Part shown: in pieces, positions 1 through 8,933 of the stretch
How the letters are laid out: each line of letters opens with the position of its first letter
Position numbering within the stretch: position 1 is the stretch's first letter
Assembly: GCA_963712195.1 (NCBI GenBank)
Contig: CAVQHB010000014.1
Location: 10,669-74,668 of the forward strand
Reading direction: 5' to 3'
DNA: 64,000 bases
Source of the DNA: an uncultured Alphaproteobacteria bacterium
GTDB lineage: Bacteria; Pseudomonadota; Alphaproteobacteria; Acetobacterales; Acetobacteraceae
Made by a program: the position numbers and the translations under genes
Notes under the pieces: model-generated
Told to the model about the DNA's origin: nothing
Databases searched by the model: none
Seen by the model: the letters and a program-made list of their open reading frames with translations, nothing else

Positions 1-585
1 CAGCTCATCAATCTTCAGATCGAGATCGGCGACATGCTGGCCCATTTGCTCAAACATCGCTTTCGCAATTTCCGGAATCGCTTCCTCGGCGGACAGAATG
101 GCAAGCAATGCGGTGACATTCGCGCAGCCCTGGGCGGCAACGATGCCAAATTCCGCCGCGTGCCCCCGCAACGCGTTGATCGCCTGGGTCCGTTGGTTCA
201 CCATGAGTTCCCGATGCTTTACAATGATCGTCGCGGCTTGCTCATCCGCCGTTTTCACCGGAACCGTGCGCATGGTCGGACGCGATGCCGCCTCACTGAT
301 CGCCTCCGCGTCGTTGCGGTCGTTCTTGCTCCGTTTAACGAACGGCTTCACGTATTGTGGCGGGATCAGCTTCACTCGGTGGCCCATGGCGCCAAGCACC
401 CGGCCCCAATGGTGCGAGCCGGCGCAAGCTTCGAGAGCCACCTCCGTCGGCGCCAGTTTGGCGAAGAACGGTTCGAGCTGAGCGCGCCTGATCTCGCGCC
501 GCAGAACCGGTTGATCCTCTTCATCGACACCATGCAGAGTGAAAACATGCTTGGACGTGTCAATAGCAATGCGCTTAAACTTCAT
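1..585 (-). CDS. IS110 family (IS1111-like) transposase/recombinase, N-terminal part, runs off window
   Basis: Not in ORF track. Manual translation from ATG at 585: MKFKRIAIDTSKHVFTLHGVD...VALEACAGSHHWGR...YVKPFVKRSKNDRNDAEAISEAASRP, the DEDD RuvC-like motifs of IS110. Confidence 0.92.
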   Translation of the reverse strand, partial: MKFKRIAIDTSKHVFTLHGVDEEDQPVLRREIRRAQLEPFFAKLAPTEVALEACAGSHHWGRVLGAMGHRVKLIPPQYVKPFVKRSKNDRNDAEAISEAASRPTMRTVPVKTADEQAATIIVKHRELMVNQRTQAINALRGHAAEFGIVAAQGCANVTALLAILSAEEAIPEIAKAMFEQMGQHVADLDLKIDEL

Positions 586-657
586 CCGGGCGGCCCTCTC
601 GTTGGATTGAACAGCTCAACATTGGCACAAGATGCCGTTGGGCCGTCCACCCCAACA
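1..657 (-). mobile_element. IS1111-like element, left end, inserted in the 3' end of IS66 tnpC
   Basis: Candidate subterminal IR GTGGACGGCCC (640-650) lies 7 bp inside the junction; TnpC reads ...LDELLP|CWGG instead of the usual ...LLPW. Confidence 0.75.
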
Positions 658-2283
658 GGGTAATAGCTCATCAAGGCGATGCGCGGGATGGGCGGCAATT
701 CGCGCCAGGACGTCCGCCAGCCAAGCCTGAGGATCAACGCCGTTCATCTTGGCCGTGACGATGAGGCTATACATGGCTGCAGCACGCTCACCACCGCGAT
801 CGGAGCCGCAGAACATCCATGATTTTCTGCCCAATGCGATGCCGCGCAACGCCCGCTCGGCGGCATTGTTTGATAAGCAGACGCGGCCGTCATCCAGGAA
901 CAGGGTGAAGGCGTCCCAACGCTTGATGATATAATCAATGGCCTTGGCAAGGTCGTGGCTTCGGGCGAGTTTGGCGCGCTGCTCGCGCATATAGAGTTGA
1001 AGCTCCTCCACGAGCGGCTTGCTTAGCATCTGGCGCACAGCCCTGCGTTCATCAGGAGTTTTGCCATTGATGGGCCGCTCGATCTCGAACAGAGCATCGA
1101 TACGGCGCACGATTTCGATCGCAATGGGAGAGAGGGGGATCTCCTTTTTGCCCGCAGCTTTTCGCCGCGTGTTCTCATCGAGATCAGCCATGGCGAAGAA
1201 CGGGCGCCTGGCATGAACCCAACATGCCGCCTCAATGATGCGTCCGGGACTTCGGTCCGGCAAATAGAGCTGGCGATATCCATCAAAGGCGTCGGCCTGG
1301 AAGATCCCGCTATATCCAGCCAAATGGAGACGCGGATGCTCGCCCTTGCGGTCGCGGGAGTAATAAAAGATCGCGGCTGGCGGTGCCGTGCCCCCGAAGG
1401 GCCGGTCGTCGCGGACATAGACCCAACATCGGCCGGTGTCGGTCTTGCCCTTGGCGAGAACTGGCACGGTGGTGTCATCACCATGCAGGCGCTCAGCGGC
1501 CAGGACATGGAACTCAAGACGCCTGTTCAACGGGGCCAGCGCTGCGCAAGCCGACCCCACGGCATCGGCCATGGTCGAGAGGCTGATCGGCACGCCTTCA
1601 CGCGCATAGCGCTCCGCCTGGCGGTTGAGCGGCTGGTGCTGCCCGAATTTCTCGAACAGGATCATCGCCAGAAGGCTCGGCCCCGCCCACCCTCTGGCGA
1701 TCACGTGGAAGGGGGCCGGTGCCTGGCTGATCTTCTCGCAATCCCGGCAGGTAAACTTCTCCCGCACGGTCTCGATCACCTTCCATTGGCGGGGGATCAA
1801 CTCCAAGGTTTTGGTGACATCCTCGCCCATCTTGCGAAGCCGCTTGCCGCCGCAGCAATCACAAGCCGTCGGCGGATCGATAACGACACGTTCGCGGGGG
1901 AGATGTTCGGGAAAGGTATTTCGTTCGGGACGCTGACGGGTAAACCCCGCGACAGACGTGACCTTGGCGGCAGCGATTTCGGCGGCCAGTTCATCCTCGG
2001 TGGCGCTTGCCTCCGCTTCTTCGAACTGCAGCGCCATCTGCTCGATGAGCAACGACGACCGTTCCGACCGGGGGCCATAGATTTGACGCTCAAGCTTGGC
2101 GATCCGCAGCTTCTGATGCGCGATCAGCGCCAAATCTTCCGACGCCTTGGCGCGCGCTACCGCGAGTTCCGCCGCCCGCACGTCACGTTCGGCGGTCACC
2201 TCCCGCATCTTGGCGCGCTCGATCATGAGCGCCGCTTTCAGCGCATCGATATCGTTCGGCAGGGCTCCAAGATCGGCGTCCAT
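616..2283 (-). CDS. tnpC: IS66 transposase TnpC, C-terminus replaced by IS110 sequence
   Basis: Leucine zipper, CDCCGG zinc finger, LHGDDTTV, ACWVHARR, NNAAERALR motifs. Confidence 0.93.
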   Translation of the reverse strand: MDADLGALPNDIDALKAALMIERAKMREVTAERDVRAAELAVARAKASEDLALIAHQKLRIAKLERQIYGPRSERSSLLIEQMALQFEEAEASATEDELAAEIAAAKVTSVAGFTRQRPERNTFPEHLPRERVVIDPPTACDCCGGKRLRKMGEDVTKTLELIPRQWKVIETVREKFTCRDCEKISQAPAPFHVIARGWAGPSLLAMILFEKFGQHQPLNRQAERYAREGVPISLSTMADAVGSACAALAPLNRRLEFHVLAAERLHGDDTTVPVLAKGKTDTGRCWVYVRDDRPFGGTAPPAAIFYYSRDRKGEHPRLHLAGYSGIFQADAFDGYRQLYLPDRSPGRIIEAACWVHARRPFFAMADLDENTRRKAAGKKEIPLSPIAIEIVRRIDALFEIERPINGKTPDERRAVRQMLSKPLVEELQLYMREQRAKLARSHDLAKAIDYIIKRWDAFTLFLDDGRVCLSNNAAERALRGIALGRKSWMFCGSDRGGERAAAMYSLIVTAKMNGVDPQAWLADVLARIAAHPAHRLDELLPCWGGRPNGILCQC

Positions 2284-2342
2284 GCCCGCAATAGAATCAC
2301 AATTTCGGTCCGTTGACTCCTAAAAAATCGCGGCGCGCGACA

Positions 2343-2690
2343 TTATCCGGCACTCGCGGGGCGCCAGGTATGACGCGGATTTCGCCAATCGATTCCGTCG
2401 AGCATATAACCCAGCTGCGCGGCGGAAATCGCCAGCACGCCGTCACTTGGCGATGGCCAGGTGAAGCGCGCCTTCTCCAGCCGTTTGGCATAGAGCGACA
2501 TGCCGACGCCATCATGCCAGAGGATCTTTATCAAATCGCCCCTGGCGCCCCTGAACACGTAGAGGTCCCCCGCGTGCGGGTCCCGGCCGAGCGATTGCTG
2601 AACCTGCAACGCAAGGCCAGTCATGCCGCGCCGCATATCGGTCCGCCCTACCGCCAACCATACGCGCACGCTCGATGGAAAGGCGATCAT
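2343..2690 (-). CDS. tnpB: IS66 accessory protein TnpB
   Basis: TDMRRGMTGL...DLIKILWHDGVG...KRLE motifs. Confidence 0.93.
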   Translation of the reverse strand: MIAFPSSVRVWLAVGRTDMRRGMTGLALQVQQSLGRDPHAGDLYVFRGARGDLIKILWHDGVGMSLYAKRLEKARFTWPSPSDGVLAISAAQLGYMLDGIDWRNPRHTWRPASAG

Positions 2691-3091
2691 CGCCGCTCCA
2701 ACGCATCCAGCACAACGCGCAGTGCCGAAGCCTTGATGTTACTCCCAATCCGAACACGGTAGCCGCGCGGCAGCTCAATCTCTATCAGGTCAGCTGAAGG
2801 CGGCTCTGCCGACGGCGCCGGCGGAGCCGCTACCGGCGGGTCCGGCGTCACAACCACCGGCACAAGCTGCGGCGGCACCATGTCTGGCATCCCGCCATAG
2901 AGCTTGCGCCAGGTGAAAACCATGTTGGTGTTCACGTCATATTGCCGCGCAACCACCGACACCGACGCTCCCGGCACCAGGCATGCCGCCACAATCTCCC
3001 GCTTCAGCGCTTCAGGCCACACCTTATGCCGGCGCTTCGCCCGCAAACTTGTGTCCATTATCTCGGTTGTGGACACTTTCCACCCCAACAA
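2687..3091 (-). CDS. tnpA: IS66 accessory protein TnpA (HTH); start uncertain
   Basis: KREIVAACLVPGASVSVVARQYDVNTNMVFTWRK HTH; IEIELPRGYRVRI. Confidence 0.88.
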   Translation of the reverse strand: MLGWKVSTTEIMDTSLRAKRRHKVWPEALKREIVAACLVPGASVSVVARQYDVNTNMVFTWRKLYGGMPDMVPPQLVPVVVTPDPPVAAPPAPSAEPPSADLIEIELPRGYRVRIGSNIKASALRVVLDALERR

Positions 3092-3157
3092 GTTACGATG
3101 CCAGGATCCTCACCCAAATACCGAAATCCCAGAAGGTGGCCGCTACCGGAGGGATAC

Positions 3158-3292
3158 GGATCAATAGGATGAGGACCGCACCATCAGCCGCCGAAAACGC
3201 TTCCATGATATCCCTCCGCAAGCGAATCGGAGGGCACGTACAGATTCAGACTTTTAACAGCTTGTCACGACGTTTTTCACCCGATTGCCCTG
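3158..3292 (-). mobile_element. Fused remnants of two different ISAs1 left ends
   Basis: 3158-3176 matches the ISAs1 type B left end (near 37569-37587); 3176-3292 duplicates the type A left end (4429-4545). Confidence 0.8.
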
Positions 3293-3301
3293 TTCCGCCC
3301 C

Positions 3302-4545
3302 CAGGGGAATCGGGTGAAAGTTTTATGCTGAGATTAGGCTGACGAGGAACTCGTCGTCCCAAGCTGCGACCTTTTTTCTGAGGCGCATAGAGTCCTTGCT
3401 TGGTGCTCTTCGGATCAGGTTATGGGCCATGTGCTTTATGGTGGTGAAGTTGGCCGGGGCGTGTTCCGTTCGGACCCTGCATTCGTCGTCGCGGAAGACC
3501 ATGTCCATGACCCAATGCAGACTGTTCTCAATTGCCCAGTGGCTTCGTATGACTGGCCCGAGGATGGCGGCCAGCATCCCAAGCGAGGTGAGGTAGAACC
3601 TTGTTTCCTGTTCGATTTTCCCCTGAATTTCGCGGCTAGTTTCCACCACGACGATAGCACTCAGACCCGGCCAGTCATGGTGTTTTTGTAGCCATTCGAC
3701 ATCGTGGATAACGGTGGTTGTGCGGGTCTCAATCCGGCCGTGATCACCGTCAACGGTGGTGTCCTGGCTGATTTTGCTGTCGGCGAAGCCGCGGGCCTTT
3801 TGCTCGGTGGCAAATAATTCAACATCATCACGTAATGTGCCCTGATTGCCTTTCAGCGCGAGCACGTAATCGGCTTTTTTGTCGACGATCTTTTGCGCGA
3901 TGTGACGTTGGCATCCCATCGCATCGATGGTGACAATGGCCCCCTCGATCGACAGCATGTCGAGCAGTTTGGGGATGGCAAGGATTTCGTTGGATTTTTC
4001 AGCAACCTTCACCTGACCAAGCACAAGCCGTTGACGCGCCGCAAAGGCCGAGACCATGTGGATCGGCGCGTTCGCACCTTTCGACCGGCGCGAGGTCTTG
4101 CCATCAATGGCGACCACCCCGGCCGGTACGCCAGTAAGAGCCGAAACCCAGGCCACGAAGCAACGCTGGAAGTGCTCGGCATCGAGGCTGGCGAAGATGT
4201 CGCCCAGATGGTCATGCGAGGGGGTACCATCCACAAACGGCCGGAACCGGCGCAAAAGGCCGAGCTTCTTGGTTCCAAAACGGGCGATATCAACAAACGT
4301 CTCGGCCCCGGCCAACACCGCGAGCAGAGATAAAAGCAACACCTCATCCAGCGGATACATAACCTTGCCGCGCTGACGCGGGTCAGGCAAATCTTCAAAA
4401 TACCCAAGAAATACAACCGCCTCGCAACCCGCACCATCAGCCGCCGAAAACGCTTCCATGATATCCCTCCGCAAGCGAATCGGAGGGCACGTACAGATTC
4501 AGACTTTTAACAGCTTGTCACGACGTTTTTCACCCGATTGCCCTG
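3302..4545 (-). mobile_element. ISAs1 family element type A, copy 1
   Basis: IRs CAGGG(G/C)AATCGGGTGAAA; 10-bp target duplication GTTCCGCCCC at 3292-3301 and 4546-4555. Confidence 0.93.
3323..4474 (-). CDS. ISAs1 transposase
   Basis: LPDPRQRGKV, VAIDGKT, TIDAMGCQ, HGRIETR, HWAIENSLHW motifs. Confidence 0.95.
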   Translation of the reverse strand: MRRDIMEAFSAADGAGCEAVVFLGYFEDLPDPRQRGKVMYPLDEVLLLSLLAVLAGAETFVDIARFGTKKLGLLRRFRPFVDGTPSHDHLGDIFASLDAEHFQRCFVAWVSALTGVPAGVVAIDGKTSRRSKGANAPIHMVSAFAARQRLVLGQVKVAEKSNEILAIPKLLDMLSIEGAIVTIDAMGCQRHIAQKIVDKKADYVLALKGNQGTLRDDVELFATEQKARGFADSKISQDTTVDGDHGRIETRTTTVIHDVEWLQKHHDWPGLSAIVVVETSREIQGKIEQETRFYLTSLGMLAAILGPVIRSHWAIENSLHWVMDMVFRDDECRVRTEHAPANFTTIKHMAHNLIRRAPSKDSMRLRKKVAAWDDEFLVSLISA

Positions 4546-4598
4546 GTTCCGCCCCCCTGTGCGCTTGACATCAACATGCCGATTAGAGAACGGTCTGC
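4546..4598 (+). mobile_element. Stub of an IS110-family right end
   Basis: CCCCTGTGCGCTTGACATCAACATGCCGATTAGAGAACGGTCTGC is shared with 38504-38548, which follows an IS110 C-terminus. Confidence 0.75.
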
Positions 4599-4658
4599 AA
4601 TACGCTGCCACCCGGCCTCAAGCCCGGCTATGACCGCATGGTGCTCGAGTCGTAAGCG

Positions 4659-5864
4659 CTATTCGGCGCCGTTGGCCAGGGCGCGGGCGATATCGAACAC
4701 CAGCATCAGCGCCCAAGGCTGGCTGGCCGCGCCGATGTGCAGCGGGTGGAGAATCCGCGCCACCCCAGCCTCGTCCACGGCCTCGAAGCACTTTCCCTCG
4801 CGGAGGGCTTGGCGCGCCGCCGGTGGCAGGTCCGCCGCTTCGTGGCCGATGCGCAGCGCATCAGGATGCGTGGCATACATCCCTCCATGTGAAAGCAACA
4901 GTAAGTTGCCACTGCCGAACGGCTTGTTGCGGGCCAGCTCGACCTGCAGCGCATCGAGCAGGAAATCGGCGCCCATCACCCCGGCAAACCGTCCCTTCAG
5001 CGTCACGGGCGACATCAGCGAGGTCATTTTTACCATCCGCCCGGCCACCGGATAGTCATAAGGCTCCATCATCACATCGTCGCCGGAGCGTCTTGGCCGT
5101 TCGTAATAATCGTTCTGCCCGGGGGTATCGTACCCGACCAGACATTCCAGCATGATCTGCCCGGTGCCGCGATGCCAGTAGGGAATATATCGGCCGGAGG
5201 CATCAGAGCCTTCAGCGTTGATGAATTCCCCATCCCGCCCGTCGAACGCATTCGGCTCCATGCAGCAGGAGAGGGCGAATAGCCACGGATTATTGGCGAG
5301 GTATTCGGCCATTACCGCGTTGAACGCCGGGCGGGAAAGCGCGTCCTTGGCCCGCGCCAGGCCGTTCAGCGTGTTTTTTAGGCTGTGCAGCGTAGTGGTA
5401 AGCTGCTTGAACCAAGCTTCGACCTTGGCTGCCTCCAGCCCGGCTAGGCGGACGCCCCGCTGTAAGAGCGCCTCGGCCTCTTCCCGCTCGACCCCGCACA
5501 CCGCCTCGGCGATCTCTTTTTTGATCTGCGGTAGCATTTCATTGATATCCGCCGTGGCGTTCGCGGTGCGTTCCGCCAGGGTGCGCACTTCCGACGCCAC
5601 CACGGAGAAGCCCCGGCCGGCTTCGCCGGCGCGCGCCGCCTCGATCGTGGCGTTAAAGGAGAGCAGCTTGGTGTGTTTGGCGACATGGTTAATAACGTCG
5701 GCAATGGAGGCGATTTCCTGAAACCGGCGCTCAAGCCCGGTGACCATGGTTTTCACCCGCTGCATCGTGCCGTTGGCACGGCTTGATATTGCCTGGCCCG
5801 TGGCGGCGGGTTGAACGCCGCCAGCGCCGGTGCGCGGTGAATTCATGAGACGTTCAGACTGCAT
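4659..5864 (-). CDS. Soluble chemoreceptor with N-terminal signalling domain and C-terminal dCache_1 sensor
   Basis: KLLSFNATIEAARAGEAGRGFSVVASEVR first, then dCache-like GRYIPYW, YYERP, EPY, GVMGAD. No TM helix. GGAGG upstream of ATG 5864 (track ORF starts at 5936). Confidence 0.85.
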   Translation of the reverse strand: MQSERLMNSPRTGAGGVQPAATGQAISSRANGTMQRVKTMVTGLERRFQEIASIADVINHVAKHTKLLSFNATIEAARAGEAGRGFSVVASEVRTLAERTANATADINEMLPQIKKEIAEAVCGVEREEAEALLQRGVRLAGLEAAKVEAWFKQLTTTLHSLKNTLNGLARAKDALSRPAFNAVMAEYLANNPWLFALSCCMEPNAFDGRDGEFINAEGSDASGRYIPYWHRGTGQIMLECLVGYDTPGQNDYYERPRRSGDDVMMEPYDYPVAGRMVKMTSLMSPVTLKGRFAGVMGADFLLDALQVELARNKPFGSGNLLLLSHGGMYATHPDALRIGHEAADLPPAARQALREGKCFEAVDEAGVARILHPLHIGAASQPWALMLVFDIARALANGAE

Positions 5865-6019
5865 CGAGACCTCCAACGGCATAACCCAAAAAACGGACAC
5901 GGTAATATTAGGCGTAAGCAGCGGAACTCGTGGCAAGCCCCCGATCAGTAATCCATGTGCAGTGTAGCTAAGTACGTGGTGGCAGGATCATTTTTGATGC
6001 AGCCAGTAGCCCAGTGATG

Positions 6020-6270
6020 GCCACAGTTTGGAGGCCGTTTCCGCCACCCAGCAGCTGCGCGCCGCCCAAGCAGAACGGGTGCGGGTGCTTTCGCGCCGGC
6101 CCGGAAAACTTTGAGCAGTAACTCCGAATATAAATAACAACCCAGCATCAGCTGGGAGTGTGCTGCTTCTGAATGCCCAGAGGAACTGATGAATGAGTTT
6201 TGACTTGCTGTCCATCGCCGCGATCTTGACCAATCAGAATAGTGTCATTCGGCGCGCCAGTATCTATGAC
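6020..6270 (+). repeat. Dispersed upstream module shared by signalling genes
   Basis: Visible similarity to 33270-33400(-), 36130-36330(-) and 40040-40215(+). Confidence 0.75.
6104..6130 (+). promoter_or_regulatory. Putative sigma28-like promoter GAAAACTT-N11-TCCGAATA
   Basis: Same motif and spacing at five loci, each oriented toward a signalling gene. Confidence 0.6.
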
Positions 6271-6759
6271 GCTCGAATACTAAGTTTTATCGGTGATGAG
6301 ATGGTGGGATTGCCCGTCGATATGCTATCGCCCGCAGCGGCTCGAAGCCGGCACAATGTGACCAGGAGCATTTTTTCTCTTCGCCAGCTAAAACCATGAC
6401 TATGGGCTCCGGCCGGAAGCTCAGCGTCTGCCGCAATGGCAACGCACCCCTCCCAGTCGCAATCTCCCTCTCGGTTTTGAGCGACGGTGACGAGACACTC
6501 CCGCTCGTCTGCATTATCGATCTGACGGCTCAAATCGCGCAGCGCCGCCCCCTGGCCCAGAGCAGGCGGGAATTCGCTGATTTAGGATGCATGATGACCC
6601 GGGGGTATTATTGCGGCCATCCGGAACCGCCGGAGTCATTTGCCCGGCTTTGGCTGAACCTCTTTTCCCCCCGAGAGCACGTTCTGAGTTAAGAAGCCTC
6701 GGATCGAGTTTCTCTCGCCCCTCTCACGAAATATCAACACATTTCAGCGGAAATCAACA

Positions 6760-8319
6760 ATGTCCGACATCAAGAAGCAACTAACCCCTTGGCCTGCCAC
6801 CGACCAGGCAACCGGCAAGATTGTTTACCAACTTGTCCATAAAAACTTAGAAGCCATTTTGCTGAAGGCTTATCAGGAGGCAGACCCAAGCCTGCGCAAA
6901 TTACCCGCCGACGTGTTGGCCAATGAAGAGCGTAAATTTTCCTATATTGCGCGCGGGGATTTCTGCGATGGTTATTTCGCGCAGCAGGAAGTCATTACCA
7001 ATGGGCTGACGGCAAAAGTCGATTATGTCCGCTATCTTAGCAAAGTATATGCTGCCTACGCGGCCGGTCTGACCCAGACCTTGATGAAGGAAAAGCCCTG
7101 GTTCAAGGGAGATCGGGACAAACTCATTGAAGCCCTGATGCGGTCCGTGCTCTCAGATGTCAGTGTCGTGATGTATCACTATTTTGCGCATCTTACGAAG
7201 CAGGCGGACGAGGTGCGAGCAGTAACTGAAGCGGAACGGGCACGGTCTGCTGAGGAAGATCGGCGCACCGTGGATCTTCTCGGCGCCGCTCTGGAGGCGC
7301 TGGCCGGCGGGGACTTGACCCATAGAATCAACGCGGAAATGCCTCCGCGTAGCGAGATGCTGAAGCAGAATTTTAACTCCACAGCAGAAAAACTACAGCA
7401 AACGATGCAATTGATCGCTCACAACGCCCAGGGCGTGCGGTCCGGCGCAGGGGAGATCACGCAGGCGTCGGATGATCTGTCTCGCCGCACCGAGCAGCAG
7501 GCTGCCAGCCTGGAGGAAACCGCCGCGGCGCTGGATCAGATCACCGCAACGGTGCGCAAGACCGCCGAGGGCGCGAACGCGGCCCGTAGCGCCGCCGCAG
7601 CGGCCAAGGTCGATGCCGAGAACTCCGGCGAGGTTGTGCGTGAAACCGTGAGCGCGATGAGCGGGATCGAAGCCTCGTCCAAACAGATCGGCAACATCAT
7701 CGGCGTGATTGATGAGATCGCCTTCCAGACCAACCTGCTGGCGCTGAACGCCGGGGTCGAGGCGGCGCGGGCGGGTGATGCCGGGCGCGGCTTCGCGGTG
7801 GTGGCCACCGAGGTGCGGGCGCTGGCGCAACGCTCCGCCGATGCCGCGAAAGAGATTAAGACGCTGATCTCGACCTCCAGCCAGCAGGTCGAGGCCGGCG
7901 TGAAGCTGGTGGGTGAGACCGGCAGGGCGCTGGGTCGCATCGTTGAGCAGGTGGCCAAGCTGAACGGTCTGATCGGCGACATCGCTGCTTCCGCGCAGGA
8001 GCAGGCGACCGGGCTCAATCAGGTGAACACGGCGGTGAACCAGATGGACCAGGCGACGCAGCAGAATGCCGCGATGGTCGAGCAATCGACCGCAGCGAGC
8101 CATAGCCTTGCCGAGGAGGCCGGGGAGCTGGCGCGTCTGGTCGGGCAGTTCCGCATCGGCGAGATCGCCAAGGCCAACGTCGTCGAGCAAACCTCGCGCA
8201 AGGCGTTGCCGAAGCCGCGTACCGCCGCGGCCGCGGGCAGGCTCGTCGGGCCGCTCCAGCAAAAAAATATGCCGCGCTTGGCTGTCGCCAGCGCGTCACA
8301 AGATTGGGATGAATTCTGA
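6760..8319 (+). CDS. Soluble methyl-accepting chemotaxis protein with degenerate globin-like sensor and C-terminal DWDEF pentapeptide
   Basis: IDEIAFQTNLLALNAGVEAARAG hairpin; N-terminus aligns by eye with the globin of 40239..41810. Confidence 0.9.
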   Translation: MSDIKKQLTPWPATDQATGKIVYQLVHKNLEAILLKAYQEADPSLRKLPADVLANEERKFSYIARGDFCDGYFAQQEVITNGLTAKVDYVRYLSKVYAAYAAGLTQTLMKEKPWFKGDRDKLIEALMRSVLSDVSVVMYHYFAHLTKQADEVRAVTEAERARSAEEDRRTVDLLGAALEALAGGDLTHRINAEMPPRSEMLKQNFNSTAEKLQQTMQLIAHNAQGVRSGAGEITQASDDLSRRTEQQAASLEETAAALDQITATVRKTAEGANAARSAAAAAKVDAENSGEVVRETVSAMSGIEASSKQIGNIIGVIDEIAFQTNLLALNAGVEAARAGDAGRGFAVVATEVRALAQRSADAAKEIKTLISTSSQQVEAGVKLVGETGRALGRIVEQVAKLNGLIGDIAASAQEQATGLNQVNTAVNQMDQATQQNAAMVEQSTAASHSLAEEAGELARLVGQFRIGEIAKANVVEQTSRKALPKPRTAAAAGRLVGPLQQKNMPRLAVASASQDWDEF

Positions 8320-8321
8320 TC

Positions 8322-8807
8322 ATGGCTAATGACCGGTCTAATCACCCCGTGAGTGAAAACAGTCAGCTGTTGTGCGTACGTGTCGGCGAGCAGGAATTTG
8401 CCTTTGATATCCGAGCCATTCGTGAAATCAGGGGGTGGATTTCCTCCACCCCCCTTCCACACGCCCCGGCCTACGTTAAGGGTATGATCAATTTGCGGGG
8501 CAGTGTCCTCGCCATCATCGACCTGGCTGAGCGCTTGGGATTGCCAGGCACGACGGCGAACGCGACGTCTGTTGTCGTCGTGATCGAATCAGGAAATCGC
8601 GTGATCGGCCTCTTGGTCGACGCAGTGTCAGATATTATTACTGTTAAAGACGGGATGCGTCAGGTGACGCCAGAGAGTGGAAGTTCTGCTTCCCGAAAAT
8701 ATGTCGAAGGTCTGCTCATGCGAGATGAGCAGATCATCAGCGTGCTTTCGATCGAGGCCATCATGCCAAACGAAGCAGCGATTGAGGTCGACCTCGAGGC
8801 GGTGTAG
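8322..8807 (+). CDS. cheW: Chemotaxis protein CheW
   Basis: [32 protein letters not shown]. Confidence 0.95.
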   Translation: MANDRSNHPVSENSQLLCVRVGEQEFAFDIRAIREIRGWISSTPLPHAPAYVKGMINLRGSVLAIIDLAERLGLPGTTANATSVVVVIESGNRVIGLLVDAVSDIITVKDGMRQVTPESGSSASRKYVEGLLMRDEQIISVLSIEAIMPNEAAIEVDLEAV

Positions 8808-8933
8808 AGCGTTAATGCACAGGCCTTCTTCCTATGGCCCTAAGGGGTCGCCGTTCTTGGCGTAACCATCGAACCATCGGTAATGATAATTCGTATTGTT
8901 TAGACAAATTAGAAAGACTTTCGGTAGCGCTCA

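Larger units (their letters stand above)
658..3157 (-). mobile_element. IS66 family element (tnpA-tnpB-tnpC), interrupted by IS110
   Basis: Three-gene layout; left end GTATCCCTCCGGTAGCGG at 3157. Confidence 0.9.
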
